Below, one piece after another: positions 1 to 9,095 of a stretch of DNA of 64,000 nucleotides. The notes beneath the pieces were generated by a model. That model did no database searches and was not told where the DNA came from. It worked only from the letters and a program-made list of their open reading frames with translations. How positions within the stretch are numbered: the stretch's first letter is position 1; each line of letters starts with the position of its first letter. The translations under genes were made by a program, and so were the position numbers. The DNA comes from a virus (lineage: Duplodnaviria; Caudoviricetes): IMG/VR virus record IMGVR_UViG_3300033069_001193, positions 1 to 64,000 of that record; one strand, written 5' to 3'.

Positions 1-116
1 TTGTCGCATAGTCGTAGTCGACATCAATGTCAGGGGACATTGTCGCATAGTCGTAGTCGACATCAATGTCAGGGGACATTGTCGCATAGTCGTAGTCGAC
101 ATCAATGTCAGGGGAC
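1..116. repeat. 39-bp tandem repeat, 3 copies visible (1-39, 40-78, 79-116), may continue off the left edge
   Basis: Unit ttgtcgcatagtcgtagtcgacatcaatgtcaggggaca repeated head-to-tail with no spacers; 39 bp = 13 codons. Confidence 0.95.
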
Positions 117-151
117 TCCTGAATCGAAAGACGCAGCAACGGCCTTTTCAT
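1..151 (-). CDS. 5' part of a repeat-containing hypothetical protein (runs off left edge)
   Basis: ATG at 151 reads MKRPLLRLSIQE-SPDIDVDYDYATM-SPDIDVDYDYATM-SPDIDVDYDYAT; not in ORF track because it is truncated; N-terminus resembles the shared LLRxxIxE motif. Confidence 0.6.
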   Translation of the reverse strand, partial: MKRPLLRLSIQESPDIDVDYDYATMSPDIDVDYDYATMSPDIDVDYDYAT

Positions 152-1604
152 GCAGATACCTATAAATGTGTACGTCACAGCACCGGTTCAATTGCTAACT
201 TTTTCATATTTGAACGTCGCAAGTACAATCGACAGCATCATTGAGTCATGCGCAACACACGGCGGCTATGTCGCCGGTGGGCTCGCAAGTGAACTGCTTC
301 GCTCACAGATCGATGCGGTGGCGGCTACGAACCTTAATCGCCTGTTGGACGAAAAGAAAATCGATGTCGATATCTTTCTACGTGACCAATGCTCGCTACA
401 CGCATTGATCAACGAGCTTCGACAAAAACATGTCATGCGACGGTTTCATGAAACGATCCGGACGTGCATGTTTGAAATTGACAATGTTCCATGTCAGATC
501 GTAAAAACGAAATGGGGAGAGCCTCAGGCTGTCATTTCAGGATTTGACATCATCAACGCCCACGTTGCAATCGACGGCAAGAAGGTTATTTATCAAGAAA
601 CAGTGCTTGATCTTTTCCGAAGGTCAGAGCTAGACGTGTCTAGGTTTCATAGAGCCACAGTGGATCGACTGCACAGGTACAGCGATCTGAAATCATATAC
701 GATTCCTGCGTCATTGTTGGAACGCATCGACGCACGTGCAAGACACATTGCTCTCGATATTTTTGATTCAATCCCAGTCAAAAATAGCGTTGAGAATCGA
801 TTCAAAATTGACTTGATGCTTCGTGAAACAGCGATGAGAAGCTTCGTCAATGCACATGCATTTAGTCGCAGTAACCACGCTTCGTTCACAAGATCGTGTA
901 CTGGATGGCGCTGGGTATTTGACGGTCAAAGAAGCAATGTGCTTGATGTCCTGCGTTGCGTTCTATCCGATGAAACTGCATTTGTCTCAGGCGGATTTGC
1001 ACACGATGCTGCGCTTTCGTGGTACCACGAAAGCGCAGACTGGTACGCACGATACGAGATGGCGCGGCCTCAAACGTACAGCAATTTCATGTCACGACGT
1101 TCGAATCGTCCTGACATTGACGTTTACTTCATTAGCGAATGGGACCGAGCACGAGGAACGCGTAGACTGCTTAAGTCGCTGTGTAACAGCGAGACAATCG
1201 TAACACGCACCAAAAACTCGACTGAGATTGACACTGGCAACGTGATCGTTCAGATCGTCGACTGCGTCCAGGGCACGCCAGAACGAGTGCTTTCTACGTT
1301 TGATTTCCGAAACTCGATGGTCGCACTTCATGATGGCCAACTTGTCGTCCACAAGAGCGTTCCTGATCTAATGAGGACAAACACACTTGAGGCAGGTACC
1401 CACCACTCGCCGAGCCCATACAGATTGACAAAGTACGTCACTGAAAAAGGTTATCGGCATTTTGGACCCAGGATCGTCAAGCTCATCAATGATTGCGCTC
1501 TTCAGGATGATCATCCAGCATTTGTGTCACTTGCAGACCCAGAACTGATCGACAAAACGTACCGCGACAGCATCAGGCGTCAGCGCGCCGGACGTGCGAG
1601 GTGA
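150..1604 (+). CDS. Nucleotidyltransferase-fold protein with two tandem copies of the domain
   Basis: Two repeats of (V)xGGxA...DxD(V/I)(Y/F)...Q(I)V...FD..N..VA (VAGGLA..IDVDIF..CQIV..FDIINAHVA; VSGGFA..DIDVYF..VQIV..FDFRNSMVA); true start probably downstream of 150. Confidence 0.6.
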   Translation: MQIPINVYVTAPVQLLTFSYLNVASTIDSIIESCATHGGYVAGGLASELLRSQIDAVAATNLNRLLDEKKIDVDIFLRDQCSLHALINELRQKHVMRRFHETIRTCMFEIDNVPCQIVKTKWGEPQAVISGFDIINAHVAIDGKKVIYQETVLDLFRRSELDVSRFHRATVDRLHRYSDLKSYTIPASLLERIDARARHIALDIFDSIPVKNSVENRFKIDLMLRETAMRSFVNAHAFSRSNHASFTRSCTGWRWVFDGQRSNVLDVLRCVLSDETAFVSGGFAHDAALSWYHESADWYARYEMARPQTYSNFMSRRSNRPDIDVYFISEWDRARGTRRLLKSLCNSETIVTRTKNSTEIDTGNVIVQIVDCVQGTPERVLSTFDFRNSMVALHDGQLVVHKSVPDLMRTNTLEAGTHHSPSPYRLTKYVTEKGYRHFGPRIVKLINDCALQDDHPAFVSLADPELIDKTYRDSIRRQRAGRAR

Positions 1605-1984
1605 AGTCCCAGGGTGCACAGCGGGTCGTCGAACGTGATCTCGTCGAGGCGGGCTCCCTTGACGACGAACGGGCCCACGATGGGCACCACACGCTCGCCG
1701 TGGTGCAGCTCGATCCTGCCGAACGACAGCTGCTTGGCCTCCAACACGTCGAGTGCCTCAACCAGGTCGCACCTGAACTCGATCTCGACCTCGGCGCCCA
1801 GCTGGACGCCCCTGAGGACGCCGATCATCGACGATGCCTTGTCGCCGATCCGCCTCTCGACGATGACCGTCACCGTCTTGTTGAGCATCTCGGGGGTCAC
1901 CTGCGACTCGCCCTCCAACTCGGGGACCTGTCCCCGCAAGGCCTCGCTCATCAACACCCGGTCCTTGTCAGCCTTCATCTCCAT
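1580..1984 (-). CDS. Hypothetical protein
   Basis: ORF with GC3-biased codon usage, start refined to MEMKADK, overlaps upstream gene stop. Confidence 0.6.
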   Translation of the reverse strand: MEMKADKDRVLMSEALRGQVPELEGESQVTPEMLNKTVTVIVERRIGDKASSMIGVLRGVQLGAEVEIEFRCDLVEALDVLEAKQLSFGRIELHHGERVVPIVGPFVVKGARLDEITFDDPLCTLGLHLARPAR

Positions 1985-2354
1985 GGTGTTGACTGTACAC
2001 CAGTCCGCGGAACAGGACGTCCGCGTAGCGCGCGTACTCCTTGTCACGCTCGGTGACCTTCTCGAGGTCCTTGGTCGTCAGCTTGATCTCCACCTCGCCC
2101 TCGTCGATCTTGATCTGGGCGTTGTGGTGGACGCTGGCCTCATAGGCCAGCAGCTGCATGACGAAGTCGGCCCGGTCAGTGCTCCGGCGAAAGCGGTACG
2201 TCTTGTAGAGGGCGCCCTCTGCTTCCTGCCACCGGTCGATGGCGATGACGGGGGCATCGGGCTGCTTGGGCCTGACAGGCAGTCGACCGAAGTCCATCGG
2301 CCGGTTCGCCTTCTCGATGAAGCGCTCGTGGAGGCGCTGCAGCTGGCCGCTCAT
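1968..2354 (-). CDS. Pterin-4-alpha-carbinolamine dehydratase family protein
   Basis: W..EGALYKTYRF...F....YEASVHHNAQIKIDEGEVEIKLTTKD..VTERDKEYARYAD pattern typical of PCD/PhhB (HH motif). Confidence 0.8.
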   Translation of the reverse strand: MSGQLQRLHERFIEKANRPMDFGRLPVRPKQPDAPVIAIDRWQEAEGALYKTYRFRRSTDRADFVMQLLAYEASVHHNAQIKIDEGEVEIKLTTKDLEKVTERDKEYARYADVLFRGLVYSQHHGDEG

Positions 2355-3127
2355 CCCAGCACCACCACGCCGCCGACGACGGCGGCCTCCGTGAAGCTCG
2401 ACCCGTGCGTCCAGACCTTGCGGTCCGGGTTGATGACGCAGCTGCCGCCCTTGTAGCTCATGTCCCGCTCCTTGCCGATGCGGTTCGAGACAACCAGGTT
2501 GGCCCGAGTGTCCTCCACCAGCTCGATCCAGGCCGAATCCGGGTAGCTGTAGGCCGCGCCCCAGTTGGTCAGCAGGGCGATGGTGTCGACGTCGCCCTTG
2601 CGGTAGAACTTCTGGCCCGGCTTGTAGAAGGCGTACGACTCGCGGTACTTGTTGCTGACGTCCCTGCAGATCAGCACCCCCAGCCGACCGGCTGGGGTGA
2701 TGATGACTGGTGCCGGCGCCTCAGATGGCTGAGCCCACAAGTTGTCAGTGCCATACAGGTTGTGCTTTTGAGCATGGGCAGCGAGCCCGTGTGGGCCCAC
2801 CACCGCAGCACTGTTGTACAGCTTTCCCTCGAAGAGCTCCGTGTAACCAAAGACAATGTAGCACCCGAAGTTTCGAGTGACTTCGGCCAGTGCCTGTGTC
2901 TGGTAACCGTCACGTTCCTGTGCCACCGTCATTGCTTCACGCGCTGACTCCAGGACGTAGCCACCGATGCACAGCTCAGGCAAGACGACGAGGCGCGCGC
3001 CTTTGGCAGCCGCCTCGAACGCCAGCTCCTGCGCAGTCGCCAGGTTGCCCCTGACATCCAGCAGTTTGGGCTCGAACTGAACGGCAGCGACCACTTGGGT
3101 CTGTGGAACGGCTGTCACCATCTCCAC
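2351..3127 (-). CDS. Carbon-nitrogen hydrolase (nitrilase superfamily)
   Basis: VAAVQF, LVVLPELC (Glu), QKHNLY (Lys), GVLICRD (Cys) catalytic triad; NRIG..GGSCVINP. Confidence 0.9.
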   Translation of the reverse strand: MEMVTAVPQTQVVAAVQFEPKLLDVRGNLATAQELAFEAAAKGARLVVLPELCIGGYVLESAREAMTVAQERDGYQTQALAEVTRNFGCYIVFGYTELFEGKLYNSAAVVGPHGLAAHAQKHNLYGTDNLWAQPSEAPAPVIITPAGRLGVLICRDVSNKYRESYAFYKPGQKFYRKGDVDTIALLTNWGAAYSYPDSAWIELVEDTRANLVVSNRIGKERDMSYKGGSCVINPDRKVWTHGSSFTEAAVVGGVVVLG

Positions 3128-3129
3128 TG

Positions 3130-4860
3130 TCAGCTCCTGTTACCGGGACGCAAGTAGAGGACGGGGCGTTTGCCTTCTTCGACAGGATCCCACTCCTGGG
3201 TGTGATCACCATCGACCTTGCTGACCCTCAGCTTGCCATTGTCGCCAACAGCGACCCTGCCCGATTCGCCAGGCTTGAACTGGGTGTCCGCGCCCGACCG
3301 GTAAACCTTCGCACCCACCCTGGTGACAGCGGGTGGCTTACCAGATCGCTCGCCCGTGGTGGGATCCTTCGCGCCGTACGCCTTGGCGCCTGGGTAGATC
3401 TTGTAGGTGTCCTTCTTGCCTCTTACCACAGGCGCAGCGGCAGAGGTAGGCGCCTGCGCGGCGGGTCTTGGTGCGGGTCCTGATGGCGTTGCTCCTCCAC
3501 CTGCAGCGGCGACAGCCTGCGTGGCCTCTTCCTTCTCGTCGGGGCTCGCGGGACGATCGGCTTCGTCCCAGAAGCCATAATCGCCGCTCTTCATCGCCTT
3601 GCGGATGTACGAATGGAGGAAGTCGCGGAAACCGTCCAGCTCACGGACGATGTCAGGGTGGTCCTTCATCAACTTGATGTCAGCAGCGGTCAGCGGCTCC
3701 TCGGGTTCGCCCGTCTCCGGGTCCACGCTCGGGTTTTTAGCGTCCCGCGCCAGCATGTTGATGTAGTCGTCCATCGCCAGCAAGGTGATGATCTCAAGAT
3801 CATCATCCTCGTGAACGTCGCCCTTCACGTCGTTGTCCGTGAAGCTAGAGATGAAACGAGCCTTCTTCAGGGCCTTGTCAACGGCCTGCTTGGCACCCGA
3901 CACTGCAAAGCCCAACTCTTGGGCGATTTGCTCGAAGGTGGCGCCCTGAACGTCAGCCATGTTGCCGATGGCAGTCGACTTGTAGGCGCGCTTCTGAGCA
4001 GGAGCGTCCGTAGGATCGACCTTCGGGTTCTCATAGGCGTTCAACACCTGGTCGACGGACCAGTTGCCTCCCGTGCCGCTCTTGCTTGGGGAACCGTGCT
4101 GAAGGTCGGCGATGTTCTTCTTCGTCCGACGATCTGACTCACCGCCGCTTACGCCCGGTGCGAACCTCCTGACAGGAGGCAGGTTACCGACGACGGGTCC
4201 CGGCTTCTGGTTCTTGCCCAATCTGACCTTGTTGACAGGCACGTAGTTGCCCTGGTCATCAGTGTGACCTGGGGCTGCACGAGGATCGTTGGGATCAACG
4301 GGCGGAGGACCCTTCTTGCCTCTCGAGGGGGCTGCGGCAGCCGGCTCCCGCGTAATCTCCCCGGTCTCAGGATCGATGTGTTGGTCGCCTGGCGCTTCGT
4401 TGACGCGCCTACGTCGTGGATTGATCTCGGCGATGATGTTGCGGATGACCTTGCGAACGGCCTCCTCGACTTGCTCAGTCCCGCCTTGAGCGGCCTTCGT
4501 CTTCATAATTGCCTCGTCTTCTTCGTCCTTATCGTCCTCGATCGCTGTCTTGACCGCATCGAACAGCTCCGGCACCTCTGTGTCGGGCAAGTTCTTCACC
4601 AACTGGTCAACCGCAATCCCGAACTCAACCTTGTTCTGGGGCTTGAAGTTCGGGTTGATGGGGTCCGTCACCGCAATCGATGGATCAACATTGGGATTGA
4701 CCGTTGTCGGGCCGCCCGAATTGGATGACCAACCCGTAAAGTCCTTGTTCCACATGACCTCACGCAAGAGGTCACGTAGGGCAGACTTCGCGACCACGAC
4801 TTTCGCGAGATTGGTTGACTGCGATGTGTTGGCTTTGGTCACACTGACGACCCCTATCAC
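3130..4860 (-). CDS. Hypothetical protein, probable virion/head-associated; C-terminal domain shared with two other genes
   Basis: 576 aa, acidic/Pro-rich; LRDLLREVM near N-terminus; C-terminal TYKIYPG...RVGAKVYRSGADTQFK...LRV..DHTQEWDP. Confidence 0.7.
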   Translation of the reverse strand: MIGVVSVTKANTSQSTNLAKVVVAKSALRDLLREVMWNKDFTGWSSNSGGPTTVNPNVDPSIAVTDPINPNFKPQNKVEFGIAVDQLVKNLPDTEVPELFDAVKTAIEDDKDEEDEAIMKTKAAQGGTEQVEEAVRKVIRNIIAEINPRRRRVNEAPGDQHIDPETGEITREPAAAAPSRGKKGPPPVDPNDPRAAPGHTDDQGNYVPVNKVRLGKNQKPGPVVGNLPPVRRFAPGVSGGESDRRTKKNIADLQHGSPSKSGTGGNWSVDQVLNAYENPKVDPTDAPAQKRAYKSTAIGNMADVQGATFEQIAQELGFAVSGAKQAVDKALKKARFISSFTDNDVKGDVHEDDDLEIITLLAMDDYINMLARDAKNPSVDPETGEPEEPLTAADIKLMKDHPDIVRELDGFRDFLHSYIRKAMKSGDYGFWDEADRPASPDEKEEATQAVAAAGGGATPSGPAPRPAAQAPTSAAAPVVRGKKDTYKIYPGAKAYGAKDPTTGERSGKPPAVTRVGAKVYRSGADTQFKPGESGRVAVGDNGKLRVSKVDGDHTQEWDPVEEGKRPVLYLRPGNRS

Positions 4861-4914
4861 GACAGGACTGCGAGATAAATAGCACGTACGCGTGCTTTGT
4901 GAGTCAGCCCGTGT

Positions 4915-5181
4915 TCAGTTGGACTTCTTGGCTGACACCTTATCATTCGGTGCGGCGATGTCAGGCAACGAGGTGTCAGCACCTCCTTCTGACATGCGCC
5001 GTATGATGACCTGTTGGACCAGGTGCATGTGTGCGATCATCCTGTGATGTGCTGCCTGGTTTTGGGCCAAAGCTGCCACATTCTTTGTCAACTTCTCGAT
5101 GCTCTGGGCCAGCTGCTTGACGGAGCCGGCGAGTTCCTGCACCGATTTGCTCATCTCGATGGCCTTGTCCAGAAATTTCAT
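4915..5181 (-). CDS. Hypothetical coiled-coil protein
   Basis: Heptad pattern VQELAGSVKQLAQSIEKLTKNVAALA. Confidence 0.6.
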   Translation of the reverse strand: MKFLDKAIEMSKSVQELAGSVKQLAQSIEKLTKNVAALAQNQAAHHRMIAHMHLVQQVIIRRMSEGGADTSLPDIAAPNDKVSAKKSN

Positions 5182-5184
5182 CTC

Positions 5185-5511
5185 TCAACCTCCTTGTGGG
5201 GTACTCTCTGCGTTCTCATTGATCAGATCGTACAACGTGTCAGCGTCCAGGTCTCGCAAGCGTTGCCGTTGGTTGCGGTGCAGCGGCTTGACGTCCACTG
5301 CAGCAAGTTCCTGACGAACGTGGCGATTGACCAACGACTCCATCATGTTGTTGGCGACCTTGCTGCCAGAACCGACCAATCGGGCAAACTCCTCGAAGGC
5401 TTCCTGCATTGACAGCCCGTGATGCGCCAAGCGTGCCTTGAAGTGAGCGTGCGTTTCCTTGTCCATCTTGACGTGGATGCCTTTTGACCGCGCGTCAGTT
5501 CGGACAGGCAC
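5185..5511 (-). CDS. Ribbon-helix-helix-like DNA-binding protein
   Basis: KGIHVKMDKETHAHFKARLAHHGLSMQEAFEEFARLV fits the beta-alpha-alpha RHH pattern. Confidence 0.55.
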   Translation of the reverse strand: MPVRTDARSKGIHVKMDKETHAHFKARLAHHGLSMQEAFEEFARLVGSGSKVANNMMESLVNRHVRQELAAVDVKPLHRNQRQRLRDLDADTLYDLINENAESTPQGG

Positions 5512-5513
5512 AG

Positions 5514-6164
5514 TCAGAACGCGCCTCCGGCACCACCACCACCGCCCGCGCTGGCCTGCGCCGAACCGTTGGCCCGGTCAGCCGCTGGAGCTGCAAACTT
5601 GTCGTTGTTGACGTTGAGCGCACCGGCGCCAGCTTCCATGCCGTGATCGTCGCGCATGGTGTCATTGAAGGCCTTGACGACCTCGTCGCTGTATGTTTTC
5701 TCCAGGAACTGCTGGGCACGCCGCAGCATGGTGCTGCGAACCTCGAGCAGGTTGTCATAGTTGTCAATCAAGCGTGCCACGTCATTGCCGAAGGCCTCCA
5801 CGTCAAACGTCTCGAGGCCAGGCCTGTCATCGTCCTCGCCTGTCATGGCATCAGCGCCCGGCGCGGCATCGTCCGGGCCTTCGGCCTCGTCCTTGTCGCT
5901 CTCACCCGCCTCCGTGATCAGGCGGCCCTTCACCAGGTCGCGCCAGTCGAGGGCCTCCATCTGGTCGACGGAGGCACCGGGCGCGTCGCCCTCTTCCTTC
6001 TTGGCTGACGACTCGTACTCGCCCAGGTAGCGGTCGACCTGAGCGTCGAGGCTGGCGCCGCTGGCTCCTGACTCGTGCGCCATCGAGTCGTCCTCTTCGC
6101 GCAGCAGGCGAGCGATGGCGCCCTCCTGGAACAGGCTGCAAAGTCGCAAATCACGTGGCTTCAT
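5514..6164 (-). CDS. Hypothetical acidic protein, probable head/scaffold-type
   Basis: Very acidic; IARLLREE and LITEAG motifs; start refined to MKPRD after GGAAGGTG. Confidence 0.6.
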   Translation of the reverse strand: MKPRDLRLCSLFQEGAIARLLREEDDSMAHESGASGASLDAQVDRYLGEYESSAKKEEGDAPGASVDQMEALDWRDLVKGRLITEAGESDKDEAEGPDDAAPGADAMTGEDDDRPGLETFDVEAFGNDVARLIDNYDNLLEVRSTMLRRAQQFLEKTYSDEVVKAFNDTMRDDHGMEAGAGALNVNNDKFAAPAADRANGSAQASAGGGGGAGGAF

Positions 6165-6169
6165 GTCTT

Positions 6170-6685
6170 TCACCTTCCGACTCCGATGCGAACGTCGAGC
6201 TGAACGCACGGGACAGGCTTCGGTCCCATGGCGTTAAGGTAGACGCTGGTCTGCGACTCACCCCTGACGTACTTCACGTCGTCTCTGCCTGGATTGACGT
6301 TCTTGTACCCCAGCTCGTCAACCAGCATGGTCTCGAGCTCTTCCATGATCATCTGGAGCGCGGCATGCTCGGCAGGAGAGAAGACGCCGCCGGCGACAGA
6401 CGGAAGATCCGCCTCATGACGCTTCAGTGCATTGAAGGTCTTAGCGTTCAACGCCACGACCAGCACGCGATTGTCGAGGTTCATGTCTTTTCGAATCTTG
6501 TCGTACGTGCGCTCGAGTCTCGACGTGGCATGATCATCAATGACAAGCTCGCCAGGCATCATGCCCAGGATCTCCTCGAAAGCCTCGTCCAGTCCGACGT
6601 CATCATGTTTGGCTTCAGACGCGTCGATGAGACCGTAACGCGCTTCTCGAATGAGCATCCTGAGATTTCCTAGTCTGATCTTCAC
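6170..6685 (-). CDS. Hypothetical protein, paralog of 8485-9030
   Basis: MKIRLGNLRMLIRE N-terminus; DDVGLDEAFEEILGMMP and ELETMLVDELGYK blocks. Confidence 0.7.
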   Translation of the reverse strand: MKIRLGNLRMLIREARYGLIDASEAKHDDVGLDEAFEEILGMMPGELVIDDHATSRLERTYDKIRKDMNLDNRVLVVALNAKTFNALKRHEADLPSVAGGVFSPAEHAALQMIMEELETMLVDELGYKNVNPGRDDVKYVRGESQTSVYLNAMGPKPVPCVQLDVRIGVGR

Positions 6686-7347
6686 GTCAACCTCTCGATT
6701 ACTCCAGCTCCCAAGCGCCTGTATTCCACGTCCGTGATCCTAACTAGGCGCATGTTTTGTTGCTGGAACCAGGCGTCCTGTTCACGGTCCGCTAGCCACT
6801 TCCTGTAGATCTGTACGTCTCGCGGGGTCCTGCCCTCGGCGACCAACTCAATGGGCCTGTCGAGACCGTGCCAGTAGGCGCCGTCGAACTGCACGTAAGT
6901 GTCGATCGACGGGACGTAGAAGTCGATCAGCCATCGCTTGCCTGGAATGGCCACTTGTCTGTCGACATGGCCGAACTTAACAACCAGCAGTTCATGTAGA
7001 GCGTCTTCGGGCGTTGATTTCTTGTACGTCCCATTGCGCTTCATCGTCTGGTGACGCTTAGCGCAAGCCTCGACGGAATTTGCCTTCGCCTTGACGTGTG
7101 TTTGGCTGCAAGGACAGACAACGCCATAGCGCTCTAAATTTGTCTGCGCACGTTCTTCTTCACCACTTCGATTGCTGCATTTGCGACTGCAAAAGTGTTG
7201 CTCGGAATATGAGGTGCTTGATGCACGTTCAAACTCTGTACCGCAGCAATCACAACGAAGCGACGCAACATCACGAGTGAACGGCTTCCCGTTCGGGTAA
7301 CCCTTGCTGCGGCGAATCTCTGTGACAAATTTACGGCCTAGCAGCAT
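6682..7347 (-). CDS. Free-standing Vsr/DUF559-like (PD-(D/E)xK) putative homing endonuclease
   Basis: N-terminal CDCC..FCSRKC zinc motif; IDFYVPSIDTYVQFDGAYWHG...LVRITD; lower GC than neighbours. Confidence 0.8.
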   Translation of the reverse strand: MLLGRKFVTEIRRSKGYPNGKPFTRDVASLRCDCCGTEFERASSTSYSEQHFCSRKCSNRSGEEERAQTNLERYGVVCPCSQTHVKAKANSVEACAKRHQTMKRNGTYKKSTPEDALHELLVVKFGHVDRQVAIPGKRWLIDFYVPSIDTYVQFDGAYWHGLDRPIELVAEGRTPRDVQIYRKWLADREQDAWFQQQNMRLVRITDVEYRRLGAGVIERLT

Positions 7348-7356
7348 CCAAAGATC

Positions 7357-8133
7357 TTACTTCATGACCTCATGGATCGATTCAGCCTTGCGAAATCGTT
7401 CTTCGATCACAGTCCAATTGAGTTCCCTCATCATTGCAATGAGATACGACTTCTTGTCGGTCTGGTAATCGCGAAAGTAGCTGTGTTCGTGCATGTCGAT
7501 GACGACCAACGGGTACAGTCCCATCATCACGTGCTGGGAGTGCTCGCAGACCACCGTGTTGACGTAGCGCTTTAGGAAGATGTTGTAGGCGCAGATCGCC
7601 CACCCTTGGCCGACTGCCATACCACAGGCAAGGAAGTCCTTTTGCCAGTCTTCAAAAGTTGCGAAATCGCGCTCCAGACGTAGGTACGCTTTGGAGTCCA
7701 TGTAGACCTCACTGTGCGGGTCAAAGCAATTTGAGAAGTACAGCTCGTGGAGCCAGACACCGTTGAGGTTGTAGACCTCATCGAGTTTTAGCCCACGGTA
7801 GGCGCTGTGCCGACTGTCAGCCTCACCCCGTTGAGCGGTGTCGAGCTCCGCAGAGACGCGGTTCAAGGTGTCGACATACCCCTTGTACAACGCAGTGTGG
7901 GCGTCCTTGGTCTTCTGTGAGACGAACTCGCTGACCTGGTTGTAAGGCTTGGGCTCGGCCACATAGGACTCGGCCATCGGTTCTCGGGAGAGGGACGACC
8001 CTCGCGTCATGCGAGCATCCGCAGCACGGTGTCGCTTCTCCTCTTTGAGCTCCTGAAATGTCGGGTCCTTGTTGAGGCTGCCTTTGACAATGCCTTCCAC
8101 GTCGACGTCAGCTAGCAGGTTCTTCTTCGCCAT
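7357..8133 (-). CDS. Fe/Mn superoxide dismutase with N-terminal extension
   Basis: AHTALYKGYV, NGVWLHELYF, GQGWA, IDMHEHSYFRDY..YL..LNW..IEERF: all four metal ligands present. Confidence 0.85.
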   Translation of the reverse strand: MAKKNLLADVDVEGIVKGSLNKDPTFQELKEEKRHRAADARMTRGSSLSREPMAESYVAEPKPYNQVSEFVSQKTKDAHTALYKGYVDTLNRVSAELDTAQRGEADSRHSAYRGLKLDEVYNLNGVWLHELYFSNCFDPHSEVYMDSKAYLRLERDFATFEDWQKDFLACGMAVGQGWAICAYNIFLKRYVNTVVCEHSQHVMMGLYPLVVIDMHEHSYFRDYQTDKKSYLIAMMRELNWTVIEERFRKAESIHEVMK

Positions 8134-8178
8134 GGCAGTACATATCTCCCAAGGTCAGGTCGTGTATATGTACCCTTG

Positions 8179-8484
8179 ATGTCGACCTCCCTCTTGAGAC
8201 AATACATCGCTGAAGTGGTCATGTCACAGGAACAAGGCGACATGAACCAGAACATCGTTCGCAAGGACCCGGAAGGCAGCGGGCGCCTCGTCGTCAGGAA
8301 GCTGGTGACCTACGAGAAGCCGGCCTCCCGGTTCGCCCCGGGAGAGGACGTGGACACCGAGTTGCAACCTGACGGATCTGTAAAGGTCGACGACTTGGAG
8401 ACCTGGAAGCCCAACTTTGACAAGGCACGGAGAACGTCAGTCAGGACTCTCCGGCGGAAGCGCCTCCGGACCAGGCGCGCCTGA
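8179..8484 (+). CDS. Hypothetical protein with shared N-terminal motif
   Basis: MSTSLLRQYIAEVV; TATGTAC 5 nt upstream of ATG. Confidence 0.55.
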   Translation: MSTSLLRQYIAEVVMSQEQGDMNQNIVRKDPEGSGRLVVRKLVTYEKPASRFAPGEDVDTELQPDGSVKVDDLETWKPNFDKARRTSVRTLRRKRLRTRRA

Positions 8485-9030
8485 TCACTTGACGACTAGC
8501 CTCCACTGCTCGTCTGAATTGCCGTAGGGAATCAACTCCACGGTGACAACGCCCCGAATGAACACGTTGTAGCCTTGGTACTTGTACCCCAACTCGTCGA
8601 TCAACATCGATGACAGCTCTTGGTGAATGAGCGATGACCGCTCATTACGACCACGATTAGATGGGTCCATTGCGCGGAGCTCGTCAGGATCAATGTCAAC
8701 AATGATCATCAGTTCATCACCGGTGATCTGTTTCACGCCATCCGTATCCTCACCGTTGATAAGAACCGCGGGAGGCATCATGCCGACGATCTCCTCAAAG
8801 GCCTCTTCCAGAGTGACGTCATCCGGATCACGGGAGTCTACGGGTGATTCAGAAACAGCGTAACCGCAGACAGGACACTCTACGAGGCCTGAACCGTCGT
8901 CGTATTGATCACGTGAATCGTAGTCGTGACCGCAGGCGGGACACAGGACATTTTCGTGTTCGTGTTCATCCTCGTCCGTGCTGGCTGCCTCCGCAAGTCT
9001 TCTCCGCAATCGACCCAGCGTCATCAGCAT
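8485..9030 (-). CDS. Zinc-ribbon hypothetical protein, paralog of 6170-6685
   Basis: MLMTLGRLRRRLAE; CPACG..CPVCG; DDVTLEEAFEEIVGMMP, ELSSMLIDELGYK. Confidence 0.7.
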   Translation of the reverse strand: MLMTLGRLRRRLAEAASTDEDEHEHENVLCPACGHDYDSRDQYDDGSGLVECPVCGYAVSESPVDSRDPDDVTLEEAFEEIVGMMPPAVLINGEDTDGVKQITGDELMIIVDIDPDELRAMDPSNRGRNERSSLIHQELSSMLIDELGYKYQGYNVFIRGVVTVELIPYGNSDEQWRLVVK

Positions 9031-9053
9031 GGGATAAATACCTCCCATGCTTA

Positions 9054-9081
9054 AACGATCTGACGCTTTCGTAGGATCGTT
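9054..9081. terminator. Intergenic stem-loop, possible terminator
   Basis: aacgatc...gatcgtt with inner acg/cgt pairing; short U tract. Confidence 0.4.
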
Positions 9082-9095
9082 CAGCTGTGAGATTT

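Noticed and set aside
1-116. Possible CRISPR array
   Set aside because: Repeats are directly adjacent with no unique spacers and keep a reading frame; no cas genes seen.
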